From positions 32,922,001-32,986,000 of the forward strand of contig OZ024745.1 in the NCBI GenBank assembly GCA_964016885.1: a stretch of DNA of 64,000 bases, given 5' to 3'. The translations under genes were made by a program, and so were the position numbers. This DNA is from Eledone cirrhosa. Lineage: Eukaryota. The stretch's first letter is position 1. The number at the start of each line of letters is the position of its first letter. Of the stretch, positions 37,786 through 51,318 are shown in pieces. The notes beneath the pieces are model-generated. The model was not told where the DNA came from and searched no databases. It saw only the letters and a program-made list of their open reading frames with translations.

Positions 37786-37959
37786 ATATATATATATATA
37801 AAACAAAATTGAATAAATACTTCATCAGATTGTCACGACGTTTCACAGAGATCCGAAACATACAAAATAACTATAATAGGAATTTAAAATACAGCTGTTA
37901 CCAGTGCAAAATAAAAGCACACTCAAACACATTTTAAAGAGTTTGCAAACATTTATTCT

Positions 37960-38064
37960 CATAAGCATGTGGTGTATTCACATATTCACATAAGCATGTG
38001 GTGTATTCACATATTCACATAAGCATGTGGTGTATTCACATATTCACATAAGCATGTGGTGTAT
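37960..38064. repeat. 29-bp tandem repeat, ~3.6 copies
   Basis: Unit CATAAGCATGTGGTGTATTCACATATTCA. Confidence 0.9.
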
Positions 38065-38673
38065 ATTAACACTACTATTAATAACATTTTCTTAAAATTC
38101 TGGTTATCACGTTTTAGAGATCTAGAGAATCCAGTTCAGTTTATAGGAATTAGATATATCATATTAAATAGTATCAGTGTAAAGATAAAGATTTCTCATT
38201 AGACATAAGGCCAGCAAAAGTCGATTAAATCTACCCTAGTACTTGGCAGATACTTTATTTTATCAACTCCGAAAAAATGAAAGGCAAAACTGGCCTCGGC
38301 GCGATTTGAATTCAGTATGCAGTAAGAGAGAACAAATACTGCAAAGTATTTTGTTCAATGTTCTAATGACTGCTAATCCACCTCCCTACTAATTTATAGA
38401 TGGACCCATAACTCCTGCTTGGGTTGCAGGTCTATACATACACCGTCGTGGCATAGGGTGTGTCCTGTGCACACTAAACCTGATAGAATCCATCCCCTCT
38501 TCATGTCCGAACACAGCCGATTTCTTCCAGAGAAGGAGTGAGGGGGGGGGGATAAGAAAGCGGAAGTGAAAAAGAGATATAGAGGAAGAATCGACCCCAG
38601 TACGGAACTGGTATTTTTTATCGATTTCGATTTGAACTTAGAGAGCGCTAAGAGCTGAAATGAAAACTGCAAA

Positions 38674-38923
38674 GCAAGGGTCTCAAACTCAATTACTCAA
38701 AAGGGCCATTACGTTCTGTGGGAGAAGCACAGCGGGGGCCAAAAGTGACATGAGATGGATGAGTGGCCTGAAAAAATAGTTATATTGCTAACCTGCAATA
38801 CAGCTAATAGGCTACTCATTTACTTTATTTTATTTTCCCCACAAATATTGTTCTGCCACAGGCCATAAAAAAGTAGTTTGAGGGCCTCGTGCGACCCGCG
38901 GGCCGTGTGCTTGAGACCTCTGC
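38674..38923. mobile_element. hAT-type MITE
   Basis: TIR-like ends GCAAGGGTCTCAAAC / GCTTGAGACCTCTGC with subterminal GGGCC motifs. Confidence 0.6.
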
Positions 38924-41759
38924 TGTAAAAAATTGTATTCGACGTTCTAAGAATACAAGTCACTTATTTCATTTTTAATTTCTTTTTTCTTTCTTTCTGT
39001 TCGCCATTTCGTAGACTACTAGACTCATTGCCATGATGCTTAAATAATGGTTTCTAACAAAGGCATAAGGTCAGTAAATTGGAGGGGATGAAAATCGATA
39101 ATATCGACTCCAGTACTTAACTGTCACTTTATTTTATCGACCCCGGACGGATGAAAGGCAAAGTTTTCTTCGGCAGGATTTGAACTCAGAACGCAAATAG
39201 CCTGAACAAATCCGAATTACTAAAGACTCTGCCAATTCACCGCCCTATAGTGTTTGGTTGCATGTATGGTTAGACCTGCAACTCCTAGTGGAGTTGTAGG
39301 GGTGCCGTAGTGACGTACGTCGTTTCTTGGGCATTCTAAACATAGCGGACCCCATCCCCTCTCTAGATTTGAAAACTGACAATTTCTTTTAGTGAAGGAG
39401 AGAGTGTCTTAGAGAGGAATTGAGTAAGAGATATAGAGGAAGAATTGACGTCAGTACTGAATTGGTACTTTTAACTATTCACCGCCTTCAGTGTTTGAAT
39501 GACTTCGACATTTTAGAATAATTGTTTCTACTTTTGGCACAAGGCCAGCAATTACCCCAGTGCATTACTGGTACTTTATTTTATCGACCCCGTAAGGATG
39601 AAAGGCATTGTTAACCTCGGCGGGATTTGAACTCAGAAACTAAAGGGCCATAACTCTATGCTGCAAAGCATGTTGTCTGACGCTCTACCGATACTGCCAA
39701 CTCGAATTTGTTAGGTTTTGTTTTGAAGGAGGTGGTAAGACTACTGTTCATTAAATAATCAACGTTTCATTTGTTTACCCTTTACCCTAGCATATATGTT
39801 TTCTTCACGACATGCCATTACACTTCAACAAGAAAAGGTAGTGAAATCTTTCATTTAAAATGAGAATGTTCAATTTTTCGAACGTCTATATAATCGATTG
39901 TGATGCAAAAAAATAATGTATTTTCGTTCATGAGCTATTAAACTTTCTACATGCAATTTTTGGTTATAGGGCAGTCAGGTTTTTTGTTGTTGCTGTTCAC
40001 AAGTCTCTAATGTAAATATTAAGTTTCTGCCAAGTTTGTGTATTTAACCTACATCTCTCTCTTAAACCTCCTGTTGCACCTAGCTTGTATCTCGTATTTG
40101 TGTTAGAGCCGTCGCTGTTAGATAAATTGTAGTCCGTGTCGGCAGCATTCATTTTTTTTTTAAATTTATCCAATACTAATTAAGCTGGGCTTTCTTTTCT
40201 CATTATAAATTTATGGTAGTTTAAACAGCATGCACAAATTCATGATGACAAAAACTATAACAAAGCCAGCAGGTGATTTAGTATTATGGAAAATGATGAT
40301 TGTGGTAAATATGTGATGTAAAAATCAATAGTTGCCCTGATTCAGGGAAAATATACCAATAAGAGCATCAAATTAATTAAAAAAATAAATTTGATGTATT
40401 ATAGTAAGACAAACGTTACAGCTACTTCAAAGCTAAATGAAGAAAAAAACGATCAAAGAATTACTTGGAGAAAAAAAAACAACTATCAAAATTCTTTACT
40501 ACTGACAAAGTTAATAATACAATGACATCAGAGAAATTTTTAAGATTGCATCATTGAAATGGTGGTGAAAAATAGTTTATCTCTAATAAATGTTCACAAC
40601 GAAGCGTTTTCGGTTTAATTGTAGATATAACTATCGACAGAAAACTTGGTGTTTCTTTGGATAGAGAAAATATAAGGACAATTATAAAGAAAGCAGCAAA
40701 AAAATATATGTCTTTAAAAGACGCTTTGTCATTATTCAGGTGGATGCATGCACCTGTCACAGTGTTAGCTGTTTTGTCATTGATGATCAGTTTATTGAGG
40801 AAACCTCAATAATAAAATATCTCAGACATTGGCTGGGAGTAAAAGACACCCAGACAAATCACACCTTCTTCAGAAGGTTTTTCCTTTTTTTTTTATTGTC
40901 TTCGGTCATTTAATTGTGACCATGCTGGAGCACTGCCCTGAAGAAATTTTGTTGGCCATATCGACTAAATCTGGTACTTATTTTATCTATTTTTTTTCTT
41001 CTTCCAGTGTGTGTTTTAGAGAGGAATTGAGTAAGAGATATAGAGGATGAATCGATCTCAGTACTGAACTGGTGCTTTTTTATCGATCTCGAAAGGATAA
41101 AAGGTAAAGTTAACCTAGGTGGGATTTGAACTCAAAGCATAGAGAGTTGGAGTGAATACTATAAAACATTCTATCTGATATTCTAACTATTCACCGCCTT
41201 CAGTGTTTGAATGACTTCGACATTTTAGAATAATACAATAAATTATGCATACTATAATGGCATATGGTTTTTTTCGAATATATTAGGTTTTGTTTTGAAT
41301 GAGCTGGCATCATAATGTAAGACTACTGTTCATCAAATATTCGACGCTTGATTTGTTTACCCTAACATATATTTTTTCTTCACGACATGCCATTACACTT
41401 CAATAAGAAAATGTAGCGAAATCTTTCATTTAAAATGAGAATGTTCAATTTTCCCAACGTCTATATAATTTATTAAGATACAACAGGAAATGTATTTTTG
41501 TACATACAATTTGTGGTTAACGAGTAGTCAGAATTTTTTTGTTCCCATGTCACTAATGTAAATATTAAATTGCTGCCAAATTTGTGTATTTGACCTACCC
41601 TCGGGTCTTGAAAAATCGAGTTATTTTAAATGACGTAACATACTAAGTCAGTACTTATTTGATTATCAAAGATTTTCTTTAAAATATGTATAATGAAAAT
41701 GTTTCACTAATTGAAAACCAGTAAACACAAGTGACACAATTAGAAAATATGATTTCTCG

Positions 41760-42947
41760 CCCTTTTACTATCACCAGGAAGTTGGAATCTGAAGGTTTAA
41801 AACATGATAGAGATTGTTGTTGGGGTAGAAAGGCTTTGCATATTACTGCAACAAAAATGGAGGATTAATTACTGATAGTGTCATATCGTCAATGAAAAAA
41901 GACAAGGACTTCTCTTATTAGATAATTGTTTCTACTTTAGGCACAAGGCCAGCAATTACCCAGTACATTACTGGTACTTTATTTTATCGACCCCGTAAGG
42001 ATGAAAGGCAAAGTTAACCTCTCTTATTAGATAATAAAATCTCATTAGCTGCTGGTTACTTTGACCCAACGAACCAAATTTTGTTGAACAAATGATCAAA
42101 TTACTAAAGAAGAAGTGACCCTCAATAAAGTAGCTATCTGCACGAAAGGTTTACAGAAACTACCTGAAATTCCTGAACCAGAAGAAGCTAGAAGCATTGG
42201 CAACTTAGATTCATCCGTTTCCAATGAAGAATTAGACTTTGAAGCATACTTGGACAAAATAGAACAGTCAAAAGGAATGAAACAGCACTTAACTCTTTTG
42301 ATACCAAACCGCCTGAAACCGCCATTGGTTCAAAGATACAAAATCTAAAAACCTTGCATCATAATTTTATGTAAGAATCTTTGTTATGTTCCAAACACCA
42401 GCCACATAATGAGAAAGTTAATTATATTACTAAATCCCAAGCTGTCGATTATTTTCAAAATAATTCGAAAATCATAGGCAGTCATTCATTGGAAAAGTAA
42501 TAACGAAAAGGTTTAAGTGTTTATAGTTGTCTAAAAGCCTTCCATCGAGGTTTTATGTAAGAACCTTAGTTAAATTATACTCCAAACACCAGCTTAATAA
42601 TGAGATAGTCAGTTATACTACTAAATACCTTCAAATTATTCGAAAATCATAGGCAGTGACTTTCATTAGAAATATGGTAATGAATTTGACGTGGAAACAC
42701 AACTAGTAGATGTCCAAATCAAAGAATTTCAACAAAGTATATTAAATGACCGTTCATTGAAAATAAATACAGAAGAAATCATCCCTACTTATCTAGAGGT
42801 TATTAGAGATGTAAGTCGGCAAATTGGCAGAGTCGGTAGCACATTGGATCGAATTATTTGCGCTGAGTTCAAATGCCGCCGAGGTCAAATTTGCTTTTCG
42901 TTCTTTCTAGGGTCGATAAAATAAGTATCAGTCCTGTACTGGGGTTG

Positions 42948-43002
<55 letters not shown>

Positions 43003-43510
43003 ATCTCTCTATCTCTCTCCGGCTGTATTCAGATCTGGAGAGAAGATTACCTCCGACAGGATTAAAGTGCCCTGAACTACGCCATTACAGCGCTCCTGCG
43101 ACTCTATCAGAAGTTACGAGATCATATAAACACATTAAGGATGTAGCTAGGAAGGCAACAGCAATGCCACCCATCCAAGTCAATAGTGAAAGACTATTCT
43201 GCACTGAAAATAATTTTATAACATATGCACAAGGCCAGAAATTTGGGGAAAGTCGATTAAATCGACTCCAGTACTTAACTGGTGCTTTATTTTATTGATC
43301 CAGGAAGTATGAAAGCCAAAGCTCACCTCGACGGAATTTGAACTCCGAATGTAGAAGAACCAGAGCAAATAGTATTAAGCGTTTGTTCACCGCTCTAACG
43401 ATTCTGTTAATCTGCTGCCTTTGTGCACCGAAAATAATCAAATCAGATTTTATAGGCTTCTAGGAAGAAAGATTCAACAGATATTTCTGTTTCTAAGGGT
43501 TTCTAAGAAC
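41760..43510 (+). mobile_element. Decayed hAT transposase 3' region fragmented by SINE insertions
   Basis: Pieces LAAGYFDP..., ELDFEAYLDKIEQ, ...YLEVIRDV, and DVARKATAMPPIQVNSERLF, which resembles the hAT dimerization-domain motif P.T...ERxFS. Confidence 0.6.
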
Positions 43511-44299
43511 AAGATGTCGGTTAATTTTGGATCCGAATTTTGGTTTAGCCCCTTTTCAATCGATACACTGTTCTTTTAATAGATTTTGAAGGGATAAACA
43601 TTTGAATCTTTAACTTATAAATTTTATGATATATATATATATATATATATAGGGGTGGGGGTATCCGTTGATATGTGGCTAATGGGAACGTTGATAGTCC
43701 TGCTGGAAAGCTCAGAAGGCGAGCGTTCTTCTGGCTGACATATCAACAGCTGCTGCTGACATGTCAGCCATGAGAACGCTGACAATTCTGGATTAATTTT
43801 GGATTTTGTTTAATTTTTTTTTTTTCGTCGTATTTTGATTTCATTTTTCTCTTATTTCGTAAGATTTGGGTTGTTTAATCATTTACATTGCATTAAATTT
43901 ATCTAAAATAATTTAGAGTTCTAATTTCTGCAATAATTTGATCTTTTTCTAATTGTTCTAAAATAATTGTCTTTTTTTTCTTCTTTTTTTCATTTAGATT
44001 ATTTAAAATATAAAAATGTTAGCTCAATGAACATTGCAAGCTCTGGTCTCTAATTTAGGCACAAGGTAAGCAATTTTGAGGGAAAGCGAAAGTCGATTAA
44101 TTTGACCCCAGTACATAACTGGTAATTTATTTTCTAGACCCTGGAAGGATAAAAGCGAAGTTGACCTCGGTGAGATTTGAACACAATATGTAAAAAGCCA
44201 GAAGAAATACTACAAGGCACTCTTTTACCCGACACTCTAAAGATTCTGTCAATCCACCATAATAAAAATATCAACAAAGTTGTCTCAGATCCAAGAGGT

Positions 44300-44640
44300 A
44301 TGATAGATGTTTGGGGGCTGCTTTCCTAAGCTGGAAATTATTTCAACATTTTGAAATATCAACAAAAATGATTTTGTGTAAACATCAGATTAGGCTTAAA
44401 GTAATGACAAAGCGATCATACTGTGGGATATATCAATCGATACAGACAGAGATCAATATTAATCGGGTGGATATTATTGTCAAGCACGGCCAGGAAAGGA
44501 TCTAATCCCTAATCGAAGACTAGTCGCAACAGGCGTTTATGTATCGCTAAAAGAAATGAAGAAATTATTCAAATATAAAGGTCTGGAAATAGAAATAGCT
44601 AGAATGTGGAGACTAAAAATCGAAAGAATCTCGGGACTAT
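44300..44640 (+). mobile_element. Decayed R4/Dong-like RLE non-LTR retrotransposon 3' fragment
   Basis: NRVDIIVK...LKEMKKLFKYKGLEIEIARMWRLK resembles NRPDI...KxxKYxDLxxEIxRMW. Confidence 0.6.
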
Positions 44641-45440
44641 TTGGGAAGGAGGTAGAAAGCTAACCGAAGACTCTGCATCCATGCTTGCAACAGAATAGAC
44701 TCCACTAAAGTTACCCAAGGGCCAGTTGGTTTCATTAAACCTAGTCCGGCATGGTGACGGATGAATCACACATCTTACTCCAAGGACCAAGTGGTGGTGT
44801 TAAAATAGGCGACGGGTTTGAACTGTAAACGTAAAGAGGTGAAAGAAATGCTGCAAGGTATCTAGTTCGACGTTGTATCATTTCCTCAGTCTTGTAATTT
44901 ATGTAGCGTTCCGCTAAGGATGAATGACAAAGTTGATCTCGACAGGATTTGAACTCAGAAGGCAAGGAGCCGGAATATGTAGAATACTCGCAATTATAGG
45001 CATCTTTTGGGTATGATTGACCGTCGGTGTGCACCTGGAAAGTTCTTCTCCAAGGCGCAAACCTAGGCAAGATGATTTGTGGAAAACAACAGTCGCCCTC
45101 TGCATGGCACCAATGTTATCCAGGGGAAAGGCAAAGGCCGGTACAGCTTGGCGCTAGTGACGTCGCAACTCATTTCTACAGCTGAGTGAACTGAAATAAA
45201 GTACTTGTTCAGCTCAAGGACACTACGCGCCGTCCTGTCTGGGAATCGAACTGTCTTGGATCGTTGGCCCAACACCCTAACCACAAAGCCACGCACCCTC
45301 ACACTTGCAATACAATACAAAACAAAATAGTTCACATACCAAAAAATCAAAAAAGTGCATTCGGCTGTATCAGTGAACATACCCAATAAAAATCAGATCA
45401 CTGAAAAATAATAACAAAAAAATAATAAATAATAGTTTAC

Positions 45441-45612
45441 CAGACGACGGATAGGCAAAGAGGAAGACATCCTGAGGTTTGGGTTTCCATGTTTTGAATT
45501 CAGAAAGATTGTCTTTTAATTTTTCAAACGTAGGAAAAGGATATCCATCAACGTATTTGACCAACATATGACTCCCATCAGAATCAACAATTTTTGACAC
45601 TTCGTCACTCAT
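45441..45612 (-). CDS. Cytosolic sulfotransferase (SULT family), coding exon 1 (MSDEVSK...QDVFLFAYPSSG)
   Basis: ATG at 45612. 172 nt ending in phase 1 before a GTAAAC donor. DVFLFAYPSSG joins in frame to THW of the next exon, forming the 5'-PSB loop (canonical YPKSGTxW). Confidence 0.85.
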
Positions 45613-47704
45613 TTTATGTAATAATTTTCCCTCGGTTGTGTAAATAATTTTTTCATCGGCTACTCTATACTATATTATATATATATTATATAGTGTGTGT
45701 ACGTTGTAAATATTTCTGTATATTCCAAGTAATTAAAGAATGAGCATGTGGGTCTGTGTAGCTGGACGATTTGTTGGTTTGTTTGTTTTGTTTCTCCACA
45801 ATTTAAAAAAAATGTATTCGTTATTTTTCAGTCTGTCAGTTTTGTTTATATATTTTTAATTGTTCAATTTTTCGTTTGTATATATTCTAGAATGGAAAAC
45901 AAACAAATTACGTAACGCTTGAGTCTAGTATCTTTAATATTTCCAACTGATTTGTTGTTGTATGTAGTTCATGTGGGTGTGCTGACTTACTGTGTACAAC
46001 GGCACTGAAAATAGTTAGTTCTTCTTATCGGGGAATGTAAGCGAAACGAGACCATGCGAAAGAAAACAAGACATCGAATAGAGAGAAGCGTGAGAAAGTG
46101 AAATGAAATATATGTGTATGAGAGAGAGGGGGAATGAGGGAGACAGAGAAAGCCACAGAGAGCGGGGGAGAACTGTGACTGGTGGTAGGAGTGTGGTCAC
46201 GTGGATAATTAATAGCAATACACTAAAGAAAAACCTTGTTTTTAATTCCTTTCTGCTTTATTATATTATACATGGCTAATACTGACCCGTTATAGCAGTA
46301 GTTATATTAATCTTTGTATGTATATATGTATATCAGCACCTTTTGAAGAAAGATAACCAACTACTGTAATTTCAGAGTTATGCAAACATGACAGAAGCAG
46401 CGCTTGTTGCAGCAGAACAACAACAACAGCAACAACAACAATATCGGCACGACCAGTTAACCATTATTCAAAATAAACACGTGTTGAGAGCACTACAGAG
46501 GAGAAGCTTTGAGGAGGGGGGTTAACACCCTGTACCGGATTTCCTATAAAGAAAAGTGTTAAATATGTGTTTTAATCCTCCTGCCGTGGTTCTAGAAGGA
46601 GGCGAATTGGCAGAGGCGTAAGAACGTCGGATAGAATGTTTTACGATATTCGTTCCGGCTCTTTGCTCTCTGAGTTCAAATCCCGCAGAAGTCAATTTTG
46701 CCTTTCATCCTTTCGAGGTTAAATAAGTACCAGTCTAGTACTTGAGTCGATTCTTCCTGTATATCACTTTCTCTCTCTTTCATTTTCTATCTTTCTCTGG
46801 AAGAAATCTGCTGTGTTCAAACCTGGAGAGGGATGGGCTCCGCCAGCTTCTAAATACCTAAGAAACGCCGTATACCATTACGTCATCCCTATGTCTCCAT
46901 CAGTTACAGGACCATACCATACTCTGGTTTATAAATAAATAGTTTGCTACTATTCAGTTAAATAGATAAAATGAAATAAAATGGAATAAATAGTGTTCTA
47001 TAAATAAAACTAAAAATAGGTTATATGACCTGAAAGGAAACTGAATTTCTTTCTATTTCACACATTCAGCACATTATGTTTTATCAGCTACACATTAGAA
47101 AAGGTTCGAGAGACCTTATTGTTGGACTGCGATCTGGCTCAGCTTATCATTGGCATTTATCTACATCTCTGTGAAGGCGCATGACTTAATGATTAGAGTG
47201 TCCTGTTCACGATCGTAAGCACGTGAATCCGATTCCCTGCAGTGAGTTGTGTTCTTGAGCAAGATACTTTAGTTCATGTTGCTCCAGTACACTGAATTGG
47301 CACAAAATGAGTTGCCTCTGTAATTCAACGAAGCTGCACTACTGCATCTCCCTGAGTACACCATTAAGGGTCCACGTTAATTTCACTAGCAGCTTGTTCC
47401 GCTGTTCGAACGTTGGAAACGACGGAGATCCAACAACAACAACACCAACAACAACATCCTGTACAGTTTGGGACGAATTAATTGACTGGTGGTGGTGTTT
47501 GGCTTTTGTTATTTCTATTTTTAGGTACAAAAATGTTGTTTTATTATATATATTTATTTATTATTTTGTAAAGAAAGGTTTGTGGATTTGGCAGAATTGG
47601 TAGAGAGTCGAATAAAATGTCATTGCGGTATTTGTTCTGGCTCTTTACATTCTGTGTTTAAATCCCAATGTCAACTTTGTCTTTCATCTATTCATCCCTC
47701 TGAG

Positions 47705-47868
47705 CAGAGCCGGATTTACCATTGTGCTTAGGTGTTCTTAAGCACAGGGCCTCGTTGGCCTATCTTCCTGCCCCCCCCCCCCCCAATGTTTACCTCCTTC
47801 AGGGCCTAAGTAAGGGGCTTCGTGACTTAACTAGAACAGGGCCTCGTTTTTCCTAAATCCACCACTGC
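47705..47868. mobile_element. MITE with imperfect TIRs
   Basis: GCAGAGCCGGATTTA / TAAATCCACCACTGC. Confidence 0.5.
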
Positions 47869-48279
47869 TTCCGAGGTCAATAAAATAAAACGCCTGTTAG
47901 GGTCGATGTAAACAACTTTGCCCTCGCCCCAACAAAAGAATTGTCTAAATTAGATATCAATAACGGCGGTGGGTTGGCAGAGTTGTGAAAGTGTCGGACC
48001 ATATGTTTTGCGGTATTGGTTCCGTTTCTTTACTTTCTGAGTTCAATTCTCGCCGAGGTCATCTTTGCCTTTCATCCTTTCGGGATCAATAAAATAAATT
48101 ACCAGTCATATATACTGGGATCAATTTAAATTTAATTGATTTTTCCTCTTCACCAACATCTGACATTGGGATTTTCTATATTCAAACCCGATCTAGATTA
48201 TAAATACTGCTCAATTATTTTGTCAATTTCATATAATGTCAAGGACTTTTCAAGACATTGAGAGATTTTGTATATTGAA

Positions 48280-49476
48280 CTAGCAGCAGAACCCGGCGTT
48301 GCACGGAGTAGGAAACGTGAAATAGCAACACGCATATGCAAAGATTGAGGAATGTAGCTGTGTACTTTTTGAATTCCCTTATTTTCAGAGAATGATTGTT
48401 CATCTACTGGAAACGTAGAACACCAGCGAATCCAGTAGTAGCAGTGTCAGTGGGCTGATTGCGGAAATCATGTATGCGAAAAGAGTAAGTAAGTGTTGTG
48501 GGGCGATGTATGTCGTAAGTCTGTTCACGAATTACGTCACGGATGGGGAACACACGTCAGTCTGAAGGAGCGACGTAGGGATGTACGTTTAAGTAGGGAT
48601 ATAGAGATGACGAAATCAGCGTGGCAACGCAGCTGTAGCAGAAGGGGGTCATAGTGCAATTAGCACAAATGCTGGGCAGCACTGGTTGCACTGCGTTTAC
48701 ACAGCAACAAAGGTGCGACAAAAGGGGTCACCGCGGAATTAGCACAACTGCTGTTCGGCGTACTTGCGCAGGGCGTTCATACTGCGGTGTAGGTGTAACA
48801 AAAGGAGTCTTAGTAGAAGTAGCACAGACGTGAGTTTTACGGTGTCAATAACACGGCAACGTACACAGGACCCGGATTTGCGAGTGATGAAAGCACGAAG
48901 TGTCAACAGAGCGCCGACAAAAATTTTAATTTCCTCAATCCTGCTTAAAAGTAAGTAAGTGTTGTGTCCTTTGTTAAATAAACCAAATTTTTAACGAAAT
49001 ATTATACGATGTTTAAGTAGCGTTTATATTGAAAATGAAAATGGCATGTAATGCCCAATGCTAATTCGTAAATTTCCTAGAAACCATTAATGGAATCGGA
49101 AATTTTTTTTGTCCACAGCAATGCGAGGGGATTAACTAATGTGTGCTGCAAATTTCGAGGAAATCGGCTGGTTTATCTTTAAGTTACGTATCAAAAAAGT
49201 CTAAAAATGCCTTTAAAATGCGGTTTTTCGCTTAATGCGGGCCCTAGGAAAGAAAAAGTTAACATTTCTTTAGCCCATTGCACTTCAAGAAATATAAGTA
49301 ACGCATGTGTAAAGTTTGAAAAAAATCGGCTGGGTACTTCTCGAGTTTTAGGGATTTACACACAGACAGACAGACACATACACACACACACACACACATA
49401 GACAGGCACACACACACACACACACACTGACAGACACACACACACACACACATCCTCTGTTTTACATATAGAGAGA
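48280..49476 (-). mobile_element. Non-autonomous Helitron (~1.2 kb)
   Basis: Minus strand begins TC and ends CTAG, with a GC hairpin (CCGTGC-AAC-GCCGG) ~11 nt before CTAG. Inserted between A and T with no TSD; empty-site homolog at ~10991-11045. Confidence 0.85.
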
Positions 49477-49727
49477 TAAATAAAGAGAAAAAGTTTTGGT
49501 TTCATTAAATTAGACCTTATTCTCCCCTAAAAATGTGTGACCATTGTAAAGTCAATGTGAGTCCGGTCAGCAGTATTAGTTTCATACGTATCTAAAGTAA
49601 CCTTTAAAGAAATCACGGGCTTACGGCTCTAACCTTACTTGTTTGTCTATAACATAAGACACGGAAGGTTTATGGCGTATCGGATCCCGTTTATTGATCA
49701 GGCACATTTCAACCACTATACTTCATT

Positions 49728-50012
49728 TCTTCTTCTTCTTCTTCTTCTTCTTCTTCTTCTTCTTCTTCTCCTCCTCCTCCACCCCCACCTCCCCCTCTTC
49801 ATCCTGCTTCTTCTTCTTCTTCTTCTTCTTCTTGATATTGCCATTGTTGTTGCAATTATTGTTCCTGTTGTTGATGTTACTGTTGTTGCTGTTGTTATTA
49901 CTATTGTTGTTGTTGTTATTGATGTTGTTATTGCTGCTGTTGTTGTTGTTATTGATGTTGTTATTGCTGCTGTTGTTGTTGTTGTTGTTGTAGCTATTGT
50001 TGTTGCTGCTCT
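49728..50012. repeat. (CTT)n and (GTT)n trinucleotide low-complexity tract
   Basis: Direct inspection; a similar (AAC/AGC)n tract lies at 50707-51096. Confidence 0.95.
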
Positions 50013-51318
50013 TGTTAACATTTTCAACCTCGTGCAGCAGAAAAAAAAAGAAGAAAAAGTGACAGGTCCTTAGTCCCTGCAGGTCCCTATACTTCAGTTA
50101 AGTCTTATGAATAATATGGCCCAGTATATCTGTTGACCACCCTGTCTATTTTCTCATATATGATATACCTAGAACTACCATTGTTCAATGTATTCTCCAA
50201 ATTTTAAAGGTATATAGCTGTGACCCGGGGAAGATATAACTATCATTTCTAGCAGGCCGAACAACCTCGTTGAACAGGAAACCCAAGCTTTTTAAACCCC
50301 CTTCGGTCCCCTACAAGGAATTCTTGACCTCCTTACTGACCCCCAGACGTGTACAAAAATATATAAATAAATCAGAATATAAAATAAAAAATAAAGGCTA
50401 ACTATATATAAGTCAGAAATCTGTTTAAACAAGTTGTATTTTATTGTAGTATTTTTATATATTTTCATTTCTTATACAAATATTAGTTTTTAGCTCAAAA
50501 GCTTAATCGACTCCCTAGGCAGCCTCATCAACTCCTGGTAGTCAATATCGATCACTTTGGAGGCCCTGCTATACATGGTTTTTCGATCTTTTAAATATGG
50601 CTGCCAAATGTTCCTCCAAATCAAATTCTACTGTCTTAAATCAAGAGAAGGGGCACATTGAACAATATAGAACACCTTTGATCATAGCACGATAAGAGCT
50701 GGGACCAAAAATAACAACGACAGCAACAACACCAACAGCAATATCAACAATAACAACATCAACAATAGCAGCAACAACAGCAACAACAATAACAGAAACA
50801 ATAGCAATAGCAACTATACCAATAATAGCAGCAGCAACAACAGCAACAACAGCAACAATGACGACGACGACGACGACAATGATGGCTACAACAACAACAA
50901 CAACAACAACAATAACAACAACAACAGCAGCAGTAAAAACAACAACGACGACGACAACAAAATCAACAACAATAACGCTAGCAACAGCAGCAACAACAAC
51001 AGCAACAGCAACAACAACAATAACACTAGCAACAACAACAGCAACAACAACAATAACACTAGCAACAACAACAGCAGCAACAACAATAACAGCAACTGTC
51101 CACTTCAACATATAGAAGTTATCACCCTATACCATTAATTGCATTAATTATTAAATTTGCATTCATTGTTCCTTGCCTTGATGTCTGGTATTTACCTATT
51201 TGTATGTAAATTGTAATAAATGGAGTAATTTATGTAGCATCATTATCGACGGCGATATGGATATAGATATGGATATAGATACTGTTTGTTGTTGTTGTTT
51301 GTATGTAATATATACATG

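Noticed and set aside
37811-37848. Minus-strand GAAACGTC...CTGATGA, a possible type II hammerhead
   Set aside because: Stem I is only 2 bp and stem II does not pair.
45613-46300. Promoter or 5' UTR exon of the sulfotransferase
   Set aside because: No distinguishable TSS or promoter signal can be supported in this AT-rich sequence.
49639-51115. Poly-L/V/T ORFs resembling mucin or membrane proteins
   Set aside because: Trinucleotide low-complexity DNA that is open in several frames on both strands.
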